Source: Methanocorpusculum sp.
GTDB taxonomy: Archaea; Halobacteriota; Methanomicrobia; Methanomicrobiales; Methanocorpusculaceae
Assembly: GCA_030539595.1 (NCBI GenBank)
Contig: JAUNXW010000001.1
Span: forward strand, 1 to 40,314
DNA length: 40,314 nt
Direction: 5' to 3'
Part shown: one piece after another, positions 18,047 through 26,923 of the stretch
Layout of the letters: each line of letters opens with the position of its first letter
Numbering within the stretch: the stretch's first letter is position 1
Position numbers and translations under genes: made by a program
The notes under the pieces: generated by a model
Told to the model about the DNA's origin: nothing
What the model saw: only the letters and a program-made list of their open reading frames with translations
The model's database searches: none

Positions 18047-18244
18047 AGTTCTTTACACCTCACTTTAAAGTTTTACTCCTCGACATAAATATATTCTGAT
18101 TTTAATGAGCCGAATTCCCGCGTAAATAAGCCCTTTAACCCCCCTCAAGAAAATAAACCCGATACGGTCTTTTTTTTATGCGCTCTGAAAAACAATAAAA
18201 AACTTAGGCAAGACCGAGAAAAATCCGACGCAGTCTGATTTAAG

Positions 18245-18316
18245 CGGACCTGCCGGGGATCGAACCCGGTTCTTCGGGTTCGAAGCCCGAAAGGATATCC
18301 ACTACCCCACAAGTCC
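18245..18316 (-). tRNA. tRNA-Arg (anticodon TCG)
   Basis: Acceptor stem GGACTTG/CAGGTCC, anticodon arm TCGGG-CT TCG AA-CCCGA, T arm CCGGG-TTCGATC-CCCGG; 72 nt, no intron, CCA not encoded. Confidence 0.95.
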
Positions 18317-18360
18317 AGAAATAGTAATGATATATTTGCGGCTGAATCGTATAATTTAGT

Positions 18361-18792
18361 ATGGTTTTATCCTCATCAATTATCCGCAGAAAAATTAATG
18401 ACGGCAGTCTCGGAATAACTCCTTTCGCGGAAGAGTCTCTTCAGCCGTCTTCATACGACTTAAGGGCCGCAGAAGACATCGTTATCAAAAAAGGAAAAAT
18501 GACCTTAGTTCCGACAATGGAATTTGTCTCGCTTCCCGATGATTTATGCGCAACACTTTGGGGGCGTTCATCGTTTGGAAGAAAAGGTGTGGTTCTCGGC
18601 GCAGGATACATTGACCCGGGATTTCGCGGAAACCTCACACTCTGTATGGTAAACGCAGGCGAAGAAGATATCCCCGTTACCAAAGGCATGAGAGTGGTTC
18701 AGATGCTTATACACTCCGTTGAAGGTAAAGTTGAAAGCGCATACAATGGAAACTATCAGGACAGTCACGGCGTCGTAAAATCAAAAATCTAA
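18361..18792 (+). CDS. dcd: dCTP deaminase / trimeric dUTPase family protein
   Basis: LQPSSYDLR, GRSSFGRKG, IDPGFRGNLTL, YNGNYQ. Activity uncertain (see findings). Confidence 0.75.
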   Translation: MVLSSSIIRRKINDGSLGITPFAEESLQPSSYDLRAAEDIVIKKGKMTLVPTMEFVSLPDDLCATLWGRSSFGRKGVVLGAGYIDPGFRGNLTLCMVNAGEEDIPVTKGMRVVQMLIHSVEGKVESAYNGNYQDSHGVVKSKI

Positions 18793-20009
18793 ATCAGACC
18801 GAGAGTAAAAAGCATCACCGGAAACATAACCGAGCCCATACAAAAAATTCTCGGGATATCAACAAGCGCGGGAACAAGCCCGATAAGACTTGCAAGAATC
18901 AGAATTATCAAGCCGAACCCTCCGCAGAAAATCACGGTCAGCGCTAATAGAAAAATAAAAACAATAATCGACAAAGCGCGCTGATTCAGCTTTGTAAAAA
19001 AATCACAACCGCGCGACGCAAACAACACCGCGAAGTATCCGAGCAGAACCGCAAGCGCAGATACAAGGAGCATTAAATACACAGACGGCAGCTCAAATTC
19101 TGCCATTGCTGCCATTGATCCGGAACGCATACGACCGACCGCATAAAGCGCGGCAATTCCGAGAACAGCGTTTGCGGTGTTTGCGGCAGAAGTTGAGATT
19201 AAATAATTCTCAGGCTCTCTTTTTTCAAAATTACCGCTTCGCCTGACTGCAAGCAGAGCGTTTGCCGTGCTGCTTGAAAATCCGGGAAGCCATCCGACGA
19301 TTGCTCCGGCAACAGCGCCTTTAACTCCGTTTGAATAAATCTGCGAATTTGATAAATTCAGCGGTGAGGATTTCTGAGTTTTTATTTTCGGTGATTTTTT
19401 AATCGACGACATCAGCAGGGGAACGGCAAACAGTCCTGTTAAGAGAGGCAGAAGAATTTCTCCGATTCCGAAAAAACCGAACGAGAGATATGAATAGTTC
19501 ATGGCATAAACACCGAGTGCGCCGGAAGTTATGAATACGGCAGAAGCCCATGCGGGTGATTTTGAAAAGAAAATCAGTAGGCAGGCAGCGGTTAAAATAA
19601 CCAACCCTATACCCCAGTCGAGATAATTCTGAAGACCTGATAGAAAAATCATAAACAAAGCAAAGAGGGGTAAGCAGAAAATAAAACCCCAGAGACTGCC
19701 CAAAGCGGAAATTCTTATCGCTCTTTCACCGAAGCCCGATAAATACAGTCTGTGCGCGGGAAGAACGGATAAAACAGTGTCAGCATCGGGAACGCCGAAA
19801 ATGGTTGAGGGGATATTGTCTAAAAATGTGTGGACTATCATTGAAGAGACTATCAAAGCGCATACTCCGTCAACTCCGAGAAAAGAGACAAGCGGAATTG
19901 ATAGAGCCGCGGCAAGACCCGCAATTGTGTTTGAGTGAATTCCGGGAACAAGTCCCGAAAATATTCCAAGAAGAGTTCCTGAAATTAATCCGATGATGAT
20001 GCCAAACAT
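18789..20009 (-). CDS. Tripartite tricarboxylate transporter TctA-family (DUF112) membrane protein
   Basis: SGLVPGIHSN, HTFLDNIPS…GVPD…LPAH and the second repeat GWLPGFSSS. Start set at MFGIII (20009), about 25 nt after a TATA-like box. Confidence 0.82.
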   Translation of the reverse strand: MFGIIIGLISGTLLGIFSGLVPGIHSNTIAGLAAALSIPLVSFLGVDGVCALIVSSMIVHTFLDNIPSTIFGVPDADTVLSVLPAHRLYLSGFGERAIRISALGSLWGFIFCLPLFALFMIFLSGLQNYLDWGIGLVILTAACLLIFFSKSPAWASAVFITSGALGVYAMNYSYLSFGFFGIGEILLPLLTGLFAVPLLMSSIKKSPKIKTQKSSPLNLSNSQIYSNGVKGAVAGAIVGWLPGFSSSTANALLAVRRSGNFEKREPENYLISTSAANTANAVLGIAALYAVGRMRSGSMAAMAEFELPSVYLMLLVSALAVLLGYFAVLFASRGCDFFTKLNQRALSIIVFIFLLALTVIFCGGFGLIILILASLIGLVPALVDIPRIFCMGSVMFPVMLFTLGLI

Positions 20010-20047
20010 TCGATGTTGTGTTGAATAGATGAAGTAATATAATTTTG

Positions 20048-20068
20048 GCATGCAAAAAGCATGCTTTT
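20048..20068. promoter_or_regulatory. Candidate operator GCATGC-N5-GCATGC, copy 2
   Basis: GCATGCAAAAAGCATGCTTTT, the exact reverse complement of 6516-6536; abuts the BRE/TATA region of the TctA-family gene. Confidence 0.5.
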
Positions 20069-20540
20069 TTCGAGTACAGTAAATCGATATTTTTTATTGA
20101 TTAATTTTATTTCGACTAACTTCGGTCTCCATCTCATTTTTTCAGTTCCCAATTACCTTACAAACCGCCAAGACTTAAGCGGGCAGGGTATGTGCAACCA
20201 TTCTGTTTACGTGGGTTTAATATAATTGATTAAAAATAGCTTTAATTCTGGCTTATTTTTATGATTTGTGGTTTGTTCGCAGAAATTGGGGTTATTTTCA
20301 GACGATGAAACACCTTGCCTGTTGTATAAAGCGGCTTAAAATCGTTCTGTGTAAGCCAATCAAGCATTAAGATAGGTTGATATCTTTAGGGTTTGTTTTT
20401 TGTAGTTTTTGTCGTAGTTCGCGGATTTACAGCAACGCTGTGTTTGTCTAAGCGGGTTTTATTGTGAGGGGTGATTGAAACGATGGTGATTTTCGGTGTC
20501 TCGCGATATAATTTAAAAGACCAACAATACAACAACTCTA

Positions 20541-20735
20541 CTTACGGAGAATAATAAACCGCGTAACTCCTATCTAATTACTGTCCTCTGCGAACACCAT
20601 TTCTTAACGCCGCTCTCCTAAACTCTTCGAGTTTACCCGCCGCTTTCGAAGCCGCGTGGCAAAGGCTGAGACTTGGGCTTGGCACGCTGAAATCTCGGAA
20701 ACGCTTTTATTGTAGACGCGGTGATTCTCTGCGGG
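20541..20735 (+). ncRNA. Candidate structured RNA or 5' leader
   Basis: TATA-like TATAATTTAAAA at about 20507-20518. Terminal pairing 20541-20552 with 20724-20735 and ACCGCGT 20558-20564 with ACGCGGT 20716-20722. Internal hairpin TAAACTC-ttc-GAGTTTA. No ORF of 60 aa or more. Confidence 0.4.
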
Positions 20736-20864
20736 TCGATACAATTATCCCTTCTCTGTACAAATAATAAAGTACCTTTCAGAAGCCTGCGGGATTTCTA
20801 AATAAATGCAGGTCAGTAAAATCGGTCGGATGGGGAAATATAACTCTGTTCCCATCACTCAAAA

Positions 20865-21698
20865 ATGAACAACAAAATATCAGCGGAGCCTAAGGCAAAA
20901 GGAAACGCACTCAGGTCTCCATCACTTGCAGGTATGTTTTATCCCGAAAAAAAAGAGGAATTAAACAGCCTGTTAACGCAATTTTTCAATGATACGGTCA
21001 CGTCTGTAACAAATCCCAAAGGAATCCTTGTCCCGCACGCAGGATATATTTATTCGGGCAGATGCGCTGCTGTAAGCTACTCAAAAATATCTCCCGACTT
21101 TAACGGCACATTTGTAATAATAGCCCCGTCACATCAGGGATTCGACACCTGCGTCTCAGATTTAATCTGGGAAACCCCCATAGGCTCGGTCAATGCGGAC
21201 GAAAAATTCATTGAAGCGCTTGACATACCTCTCAATAACAACGCCGTCTGCGAGCGCGAAAACTCTATTGAAGTTCAGATACCTTTCATCAAACACAGAT
21301 TCCCAAAAGCCTCAATAGTTCCGATTTTAATCGGCGACCAGTCATACTCCGGAGCAAAATACGCAGCCGACGCAGTAATATCTGCCATTAAAAGAACGGG
21401 TATTACACCCGTAATAATTGCATCGGGCGACGGCTCTCACTATGTCCCGAGGAAAAAAGCGGAAACCGACGACTTAATCGTTCTTGCGGCTTTGAAAAAT
21501 CTTGACACTAAAAAATTCTACGACGCCCTGATAAAAATTCAGCCGTCAATGTGCGGATACGGCTGTATCTGCGCAATGGCAGAAATCTGCAAATATCTCG
21601 GCGCAAAAGAATCACGTGTCCTAACCTATCAGACATCCGGCGACGCGACCGGAGACTACAGCGAAGTGGTCGGATACATCTCAATGGAGGTCGTCTGA
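20865..21698 (+). CDS. amrB: AmmeMemoRadiSam system protein B (MEMO1 family)
   Basis: AGMFYP, VPHAGYIYSG, WETPIG, ENSIEVQIPF, SGDGSHY, SMCGYG, VVGY. Confidence 0.92.
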   Translation: MNNKISAEPKAKGNALRSPSLAGMFYPEKKEELNSLLTQFFNDTVTSVTNPKGILVPHAGYIYSGRCAAVSYSKISPDFNGTFVIIAPSHQGFDTCVSDLIWETPIGSVNADEKFIEALDIPLNNNAVCERENSIEVQIPFIKHRFPKASIVPILIGDQSYSGAKYAADAVISAIKRTGITPVIIASGDGSHYVPRKKAETDDLIVLAALKNLDTKKFYDALIKIQPSMCGYGCICAMAEICKYLGAKESRVLTYQTSGDATGDYSEVVGYISMEVV

Positions 21699-22570
21699 TG
21701 GCTACATGGAGCGCGCCCGGAAAAGTTTTCTTGTTCGGTGAACACGCCGTCGTTTACGGCAAACCCGGAATAGCGATGGCAATTAAACCGCGTGTGATGG
21801 TCACAGTCCGCCACTCGCGGTTTTATCAGAAGCCCAACTCACCGTATATTGCCGAGTGCTTCAGAATTTTAGACATAAAAGGCAGTGTCTACGTCCGCTC
21901 GCAGCTTCCAAGCGCGTCAGGTCTCGGCTCATCCGCAGCAGTGACTGTTGCCACGCTCTTTGCCATAAACGACGAGTTCTCGCTTGGGCACTCGCGCGAA
22001 GAACTCGCGGCTCTTTCTCACGAAGTTGAAAAAATCACCCAGAGCGGTCATGCAAGTGCAACCGACACTTACGTATCCACTTACGGCGGCATGGTCTTAA
22101 TCCGCAGCGGAGAAAAACGCAGACTTATTCCGCCCGAAAACTTCTCAATAGTCATCGGCAACACACTCGTCTCCCACAACACAGCCGAAATGGTCGCACG
22201 TGTTGCGGATTTAATGCAGAACTCGCCGAAAATTGCAGATCCGATAATGGACTCAATAGGCGCAATCACAATGGAAGCGATGCACAATATGGAAAATCAC
22301 AAAGAACTCGGTATTCTGATGAACAGAAACCAGGCGCTTTTGGATGCTCTCGGCGTAGGACATCCCGCTCTTTCACATCTCGCTCTTGCGGTTCGCTCAG
22401 CGGGCGCTTACGGCGCAAAACTCTCAGGCGCTGGCGGCGGCGGATGCATCTGGGCTCTTTGCTCAAAAGGCAACAAGAACAGAGTGATTAACGCCATTGA
22501 AGACTGCGATGCAAGACCTATCGTTACATCAATCGATACAGAGGGGGTGCGAAAAGAGAAAGATGAGTGA
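21698..22570 (+). CDS. mvk: Mevalonate kinase
   Basis: SAPGKVFLFGEHAVVYG, PSASGLGSSAA, KLSGAGGGG; TGATG overlap with amrB. Confidence 0.95.
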   Translation: MATWSAPGKVFLFGEHAVVYGKPGIAMAIKPRVMVTVRHSRFYQKPNSPYIAECFRILDIKGSVYVRSQLPSASGLGSSAAVTVATLFAINDEFSLGHSREELAALSHEVEKITQSGHASATDTYVSTYGGMVLIRSGEKRRLIPPENFSIVIGNTLVSHNTAEMVARVADLMQNSPKIADPIMDSIGAITMEAMHNMENHKELGILMNRNQALLDALGVGHPALSHLALAVRSAGAYGAKLSGAGGGGCIWALCSKGNKNRVINAIEDCDARPIVTSIDTEGVRKEKDE

Positions 22571-23315
22571 GATTAAAATCATCAAACTCGGAGGAAGCGC
22601 GGTAACCGACAAATCAAAAGAAGGAGTTGTCAATTACGAAAAAATCTCACTGATGGCAAAAGCCGTGTCCGCAAATTCATCGGACGCCGAATTTATCATT
22701 GTTCACGGCGCGGGTTCGTGCGGTCACCCGCAGGCGAAAAAGTGGAAGATTCAGGAAGGCGTTACCCGCGAAAATTCGGACGGGATTTTTGAAACTCACG
22801 AAGCCGTGAACCGCTTAAACAGCGCGGTCGTTTCGGCTCTCAGAAAAGAAGGAGTCAATGCGGTAAGTTTCCACCCGTTTGAATGCTCCTTTGCGAAAAA
22901 CGGTCGTCTCGTTTTCTGCGGAGTTGAGCAGATTAAAAAACTGATTTCGGTTGGCGCAGTCCCCGTGCTTCACGGAGATGTCGTTATGGACGAATCACGC
23001 GGTGCATGCATTGTTTCCGGAGACCAGATAGCACCGTTCCTTGCAGAAGCCTTAGGCGTAAAAGAAATCGGAATCGCCACAGAAGTCGGCGGAGTTTTAT
23101 CAAACGGGAAAATCGTTCCTGAAATTACCCGTGAAAACGTATCGGAAATCAAATTCGAAGACGCGCAAACCGCAGACGTAACCGGAGGCATGCGCGGAAA
23201 AATTGAAGAACTGCTCCTGCTTGCCGATGCGGGCATATCCTCGCATATTTTCGCACCGGAACAGACAGCGGAATACTTATCGGGAAAATACAAAGGCGGA
23301 ACGAAGGTGAAATAA
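22563..23315 (+). CDS. ipk: Isopentenyl phosphate kinase
   Basis: IKLGGSAVTDK, VHGAGSCGH, VPVLHGDV, SGD, DVTGGMRGK. Confidence 0.93.
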   Translation: MSEIKIIKLGGSAVTDKSKEGVVNYEKISLMAKAVSANSSDAEFIIVHGAGSCGHPQAKKWKIQEGVTRENSDGIFETHEAVNRLNSAVVSALRKEGVNAVSFHPFECSFAKNGRLVFCGVEQIKKLISVGAVPVLHGDVVMDESRGACIVSGDQIAPFLAEALGVKEIGIATEVGGVLSNGKIVPEITRENVSEIKFEDAQTADVTGGMRGKIEELLLLADAGISSHIFAPEQTAEYLSGKYKGGTKVK

Positions 23316-24358
23316 TGACAACAGCAAGCAGAAAATATGACCATCTGAAACTTTGCATCGACGAAAACATCTCTCACGGAAATTCGGGATTCGATGACGT
23401 TGTCTTAGTCCACAACGCACTGCCCGAACTCGATTTTAACGAAATTGACCCAAGTACCGAATTTTTAAACCGCAAAGTCGGCTCGCCTCTCGTAATTTCC
23501 GCAATGACCGGAGGGCACGCCCTGACCTCTGCGGTCAACGAAAATCTCGCGAAAGCCGCAGAAAAATACAATCTTGTGATGGGTGTCGGTTCGCAAAGAG
23601 CCGCCCTTGAAGATTCTTCGCAGGAAGACAGTTTCAGAATCGTCCGTGATACTGCGCCCCATGCGTTCCTTGCCGCAAACATAGGAGCTGTCCAGCTCGT
23701 TTCGCACGGAATGGAATGGGTTGAAAAAGCAGTTGAGATGATAGATGCCGACGCAGTCTGCGTTCATCTGAACTTTTTACAGGAAGCAATACAACCCGAA
23801 GGCGAGAAAAACGCATCTGGCGTTTTAGCCTCGCTTCACACACTCTGCAGAGAATCCCGTGTTCCAGTAATCGTAAAAGAAACCGGTTCGGGAATCTCGG
23901 GCACTGCGGGCAAAGCCCTATTTGATGTGGGTGTCTCTGCCATTGACGTCGGCGGATTCGGCGGAACTTCCTGGGCAAAAATCGAAAGTCTTCGCAGTGC
24001 CGGTGATAAAACACGACAGACGCTTGGAAATACATTCCTCAACTGGGGAATTCCCACAGCGGTCAGTGTTTTTGAGGTAGCGAAAGTAAAAAAAGGTACG
24101 CTGATTTCAACAGGCGGTTTAAACAGCGGACTCGATATAGCAAAATCAATAGCGCTCGGAGCTGATTTCGGTGGAATGGCTCTTGCGCTGTTAGCCCCTG
24201 CACACGCAGGTGAATCACAGCTCTTTGACAAAATAGATACAATACTTGCCGAGTTCAAAACGGCGATGTTTTTGTCCGGGGCTAAAAATCCTGTTGAGCT
24301 TGCTAAAACAAAGTATTACTTAACAGGTACTGTCAGGGAAATGACAGCGGAAATTTGA
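23315..24358 (+). CDS. fni: Type 2 isopentenyl-diphosphate isomerase
   Basis: RKYDHL, SAMTGG, GSQRA, HLNFLQEAIQPEG, VKETGSG, GGTSW. Confidence 0.96.
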   Translation: MTTASRKYDHLKLCIDENISHGNSGFDDVVLVHNALPELDFNEIDPSTEFLNRKVGSPLVISAMTGGHALTSAVNENLAKAAEKYNLVMGVGSQRAALEDSSQEDSFRIVRDTAPHAFLAANIGAVQLVSHGMEWVEKAVEMIDADAVCVHLNFLQEAIQPEGEKNASGVLASLHTLCRESRVPVIVKETGSGISGTAGKALFDVGVSAIDVGGFGGTSWAKIESLRSAGDKTRQTLGNTFLNWGIPTAVSVFEVAKVKKGTLISTGGLNSGLDIAKSIALGADFGGMALALLAPAHAGESQLFDKIDTILAEFKTAMFLSGAKNPVELAKTKYYLTGTVREMTAEI

Positions 24359-24363
24359 AAAAT

Positions 24364-25710
24364 ATGACAACAGACATAGAAGTAATAGCCGTCGGCGGAT
24401 ACAACGAGGTCGGAAGGAACATGACCGCCGTTCGCGTCGGCAAGGAAATCGTAATATTCGATATCGGACTTTATCTTGACCCGATATCAGGAAACAACAG
24501 CGTCGATATGGAAAACATGCACTCTTTGGACTTAATCCAGATGGGCGCAATCCCGGACGACACAGTAATGAACTCTGTGGAAGGAACGGTTAAGGCAATC
24601 GTGTGCACTCACGGACACTTAGACCACATAGGAGCAATTCAAAAACTTGCTCACAGATACAACTGCCCGATTATAGCAACTCCCTACACAACGGAACTTA
24701 TCAAACAACAGATTGAAGGCGAAAGAAAATTCTCCGTCATGAACAAGACTTTTGCGTTAAAGGCAGGAGCAAAATACACAATCTCACAGTATCTGACGCT
24801 TGAATTTGTCAGGGTTCAGCACAGTATCATTGACTCAGCCATAGCGGTTCTTCACACACCCGCAGGCGCTGTCGTTTACGCAAACGATTTCAAATTCGAT
24901 ATGACGCCGGTCATTGGAGAAGCTCCGGATGTTGCACGCCTCAGAGCAATAGGAAAAGAAGGCGTTAAAGTCCTGATTGTGGAATCCCTTAACCTTGATG
25001 ATCGCGGCTATGCCCCAAGCGAACAGGTCGCACGCTTAAGAGTTCGCGACACTCTTATGAGGTGCGAGGACGACAAAAACGCCATTATCGTATCGACGTT
25101 CGCGTCGCAGATTGCAAGAATCAAGACAATCACCGAATGCGCAAGAGAAATTGACAGAATACCGGTTCTTCTCGGACGCAGTATGGAAAGATACAACGGA
25201 ACAGCAGAAATTCTGAAACTCGTTGCTTTCCCGCAGGGAACAAGCATTTACGGAAACCGCAAAACGACCGACAGGATGCTTCGCCGCGTCGCGAAGGAAG
25301 GAAAGGAAAAATTCCTGCTTGTCGCAACCGGTCATCAGGGTGAACCGGGTTCAATGCTTTCGCGTATGGCTCTTGGAGACACACCGTTCAAAATCGAAAA
25401 AGGCGACAAGGTTCTCTTCTCGGCAAACATCATCCCGAACCCGATTAACTTTGCACAGCGTGCGGAAGTCGACAGACTTCTTCTTCGTCAGGGCGCAAGA
25501 ATCTTCGACGGTCTTCACGTAACCGGACACGCATATTACCAAGACCACTATGATTTACTGACCATGCTCAACCCGGAACACATTATTCCGTCGCACGGAC
25601 CTTTCACAATGAAAGGCGGCTACGTAACGCTTGCCTCTGAGTTCGGCTACTCTGTAAACAAGGATATCCACATCCTGCAAAACGGCGACAGGCTCGTTCT
25701 CCCGAAGTGA
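24364..25710 (+). CDS. rnj: Archaeal RNase J (beta-CASP ribonuclease)
   Basis: GGYNEVGRNM, THGHLDHIG, QHSI, NDFKFD, TGHQGEP, HVTGHA, IPSHG. Confidence 0.93.
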   Translation: MTTDIEVIAVGGYNEVGRNMTAVRVGKEIVIFDIGLYLDPISGNNSVDMENMHSLDLIQMGAIPDDTVMNSVEGTVKAIVCTHGHLDHIGAIQKLAHRYNCPIIATPYTTELIKQQIEGERKFSVMNKTFALKAGAKYTISQYLTLEFVRVQHSIIDSAIAVLHTPAGAVVYANDFKFDMTPVIGEAPDVARLRAIGKEGVKVLIVESLNLDDRGYAPSEQVARLRVRDTLMRCEDDKNAIIVSTFASQIARIKTITECAREIDRIPVLLGRSMERYNGTAEILKLVAFPQGTSIYGNRKTTDRMLRRVAKEGKEKFLLVATGHQGEPGSMLSRMALGDTPFKIEKGDKVLFSANIIPNPINFAQRAEVDRLLLRQGARIFDGLHVTGHAYYQDHYDLLTMLNPEHIIPSHGPFTMKGGYVTLASEFGYSVNKDIHILQNGDRLVLPK

Positions 25711-25714
25711 TAAT

Positions 25715-26683
25715 ATGGATTTACAGGATTATCTGAAAGCCGTTGCCAAAAAAATCGACTTTGAGGCTGATGAATACAGTCTCGCAGTTGATACTACTCT
25801 GCAGAAGGCTTCATCCCACCTTCTTCTTGGCGGCGGAAAAAGACTTCGTCCGGCGCTTCTTCTGCTTTCTGCGGATTCTGTCCGCAAGGGAGCTTCTGAG
25901 GATTTATTCTATGCGGCTGCGGCGCTTGAGTGGACTCATACTTTCACTCTCGTTCACGATGACATTATGGATGATGATTCGCTCAGAAGAGGGATTCCGA
26001 CAGTTCACACAGTGTGGAATCAGTCAACTGCGATTCTTGCGGGAGACGTTTTGTATTCCAAAGCGTTTGAGTATATCTGCCGCGTGAACAATGCTTCCGA
26101 TTCGGCAAAAATCAAGGCTGTTCAGATGCTTGCCCACACCTGCTACGAACTCTGCGATGGTCAGCAGGAGGATATGGAGTTTGAGACGCGCTCAGATGTT
26201 ACTCTTGCGGAGTATCTGGGTATGGTTCGCAGGAAGACGGGCGTTTTGTATGCGGCGGCTGCCGGAATCGGCGCGATTCTTGCAGGCGGAGATATGAAGC
26301 AGGTTTCGGCTCTATACACACTTGGTTTAAACACAGGAATTGCTTTCCAGATTCAGGATGATATTATTGATTTGACTGTTCCATCAGATATTTCCGGTAA
26401 GAATCAGGGGTCAGACCTCAGGGAAAATAAGCAGACGATTATTGCGATTCTCGCACGCGAGGCGGGCGTTGATTTGTCGAAATATAAGAAGGCTGAACTT
26501 TCTAAAGAAGATATTGATGAAGCGGTCGCACTGCTGACTTCGGCAGGCGTTGTGGAAAAGTCTAAAGGTATCTCACAGAAGCTTATCGATGACGCAAAGC
26601 AGGGCTTGTCCGTTATTTCCGACAGCGGTGAGAAGTCTATGATTTTAGATATGGTCGATTATTTTATTAATCGGTCTGTTTAA
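25715..26683 (+). CDS. idsA: Geranylgeranyl diphosphate synthase
   Basis: GGKRLRP, HTFTLVHDDIMDDDSLRRG, AILAGD, GQQED, FQIQDDIID. Confidence 0.93.
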   Translation: MDLQDYLKAVAKKIDFEADEYSLAVDTTLQKASSHLLLGGGKRLRPALLLLSADSVRKGASEDLFYAAAALEWTHTFTLVHDDIMDDDSLRRGIPTVHTVWNQSTAILAGDVLYSKAFEYICRVNNASDSAKIKAVQMLAHTCYELCDGQQEDMEFETRSDVTLAEYLGMVRRKTGVLYAAAAGIGAILAGGDMKQVSALYTLGLNTGIAFQIQDDIIDLTVPSDISGKNQGSDLRENKQTIIAILAREAGVDLSKYKKAELSKEDIDEAVALLTSAGVVEKSKGISQKLIDDAKQGLSVISDSGEKSMILDMVDYFINRSV

Positions 26684-26717
26684 TTTTTTTATAGAGTTAA
26701 ATTAAGTAAACCGCGAA

Positions 26718-26780
26718 CGCAAATCATAGATTCGCAAGTGTTTCACTTGCTTGGCTAAGAAACCTAAAGATTTCCGTCTT
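26718..26780 (+). repeat. Short copy of the hairpin-array repeat
   Basis: CGCAAATCATAGATTC-GCAAGTG-ttt-CACTTGC-TTGGCTAAGAAACCTAAAGATTTCCGTCTT aligns to 51-85 joined to 168-193. Confidence 0.8.
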
Positions 26781-26923
26781 GCGTATCGGTGTCCCGCTAA
26801 ATAAATTTAAAGTCCAACAAATTAAAATTTCAAATATATGATTCTGTAATTGAACAGACCTCCTCTGTCCTCGTTATATCTTTAATTAATATCTGATAAA
26901 AGACAATACATAACAAGAAATAA

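Noticed and set aside
20242-20367. 41-codon minus-strand ORF (MLDWLTQNDF…)
   Set aside because: No clear RBS or recognisable motif; length is compatible with chance.
20070-20520. Replication origin (long gap, skew flip, TGAAAC words)
   Set aside because: No cdc6/orc gene nearby and no convincing repeated ORB boxes with G-strings; not fully excluded.
20655-20705. TPP riboswitch (GCTGAGA present)
   Set aside because: The downstream CCTGA…GxTAAT…GCGxAGGGA elements are missing and the context is unrelated.
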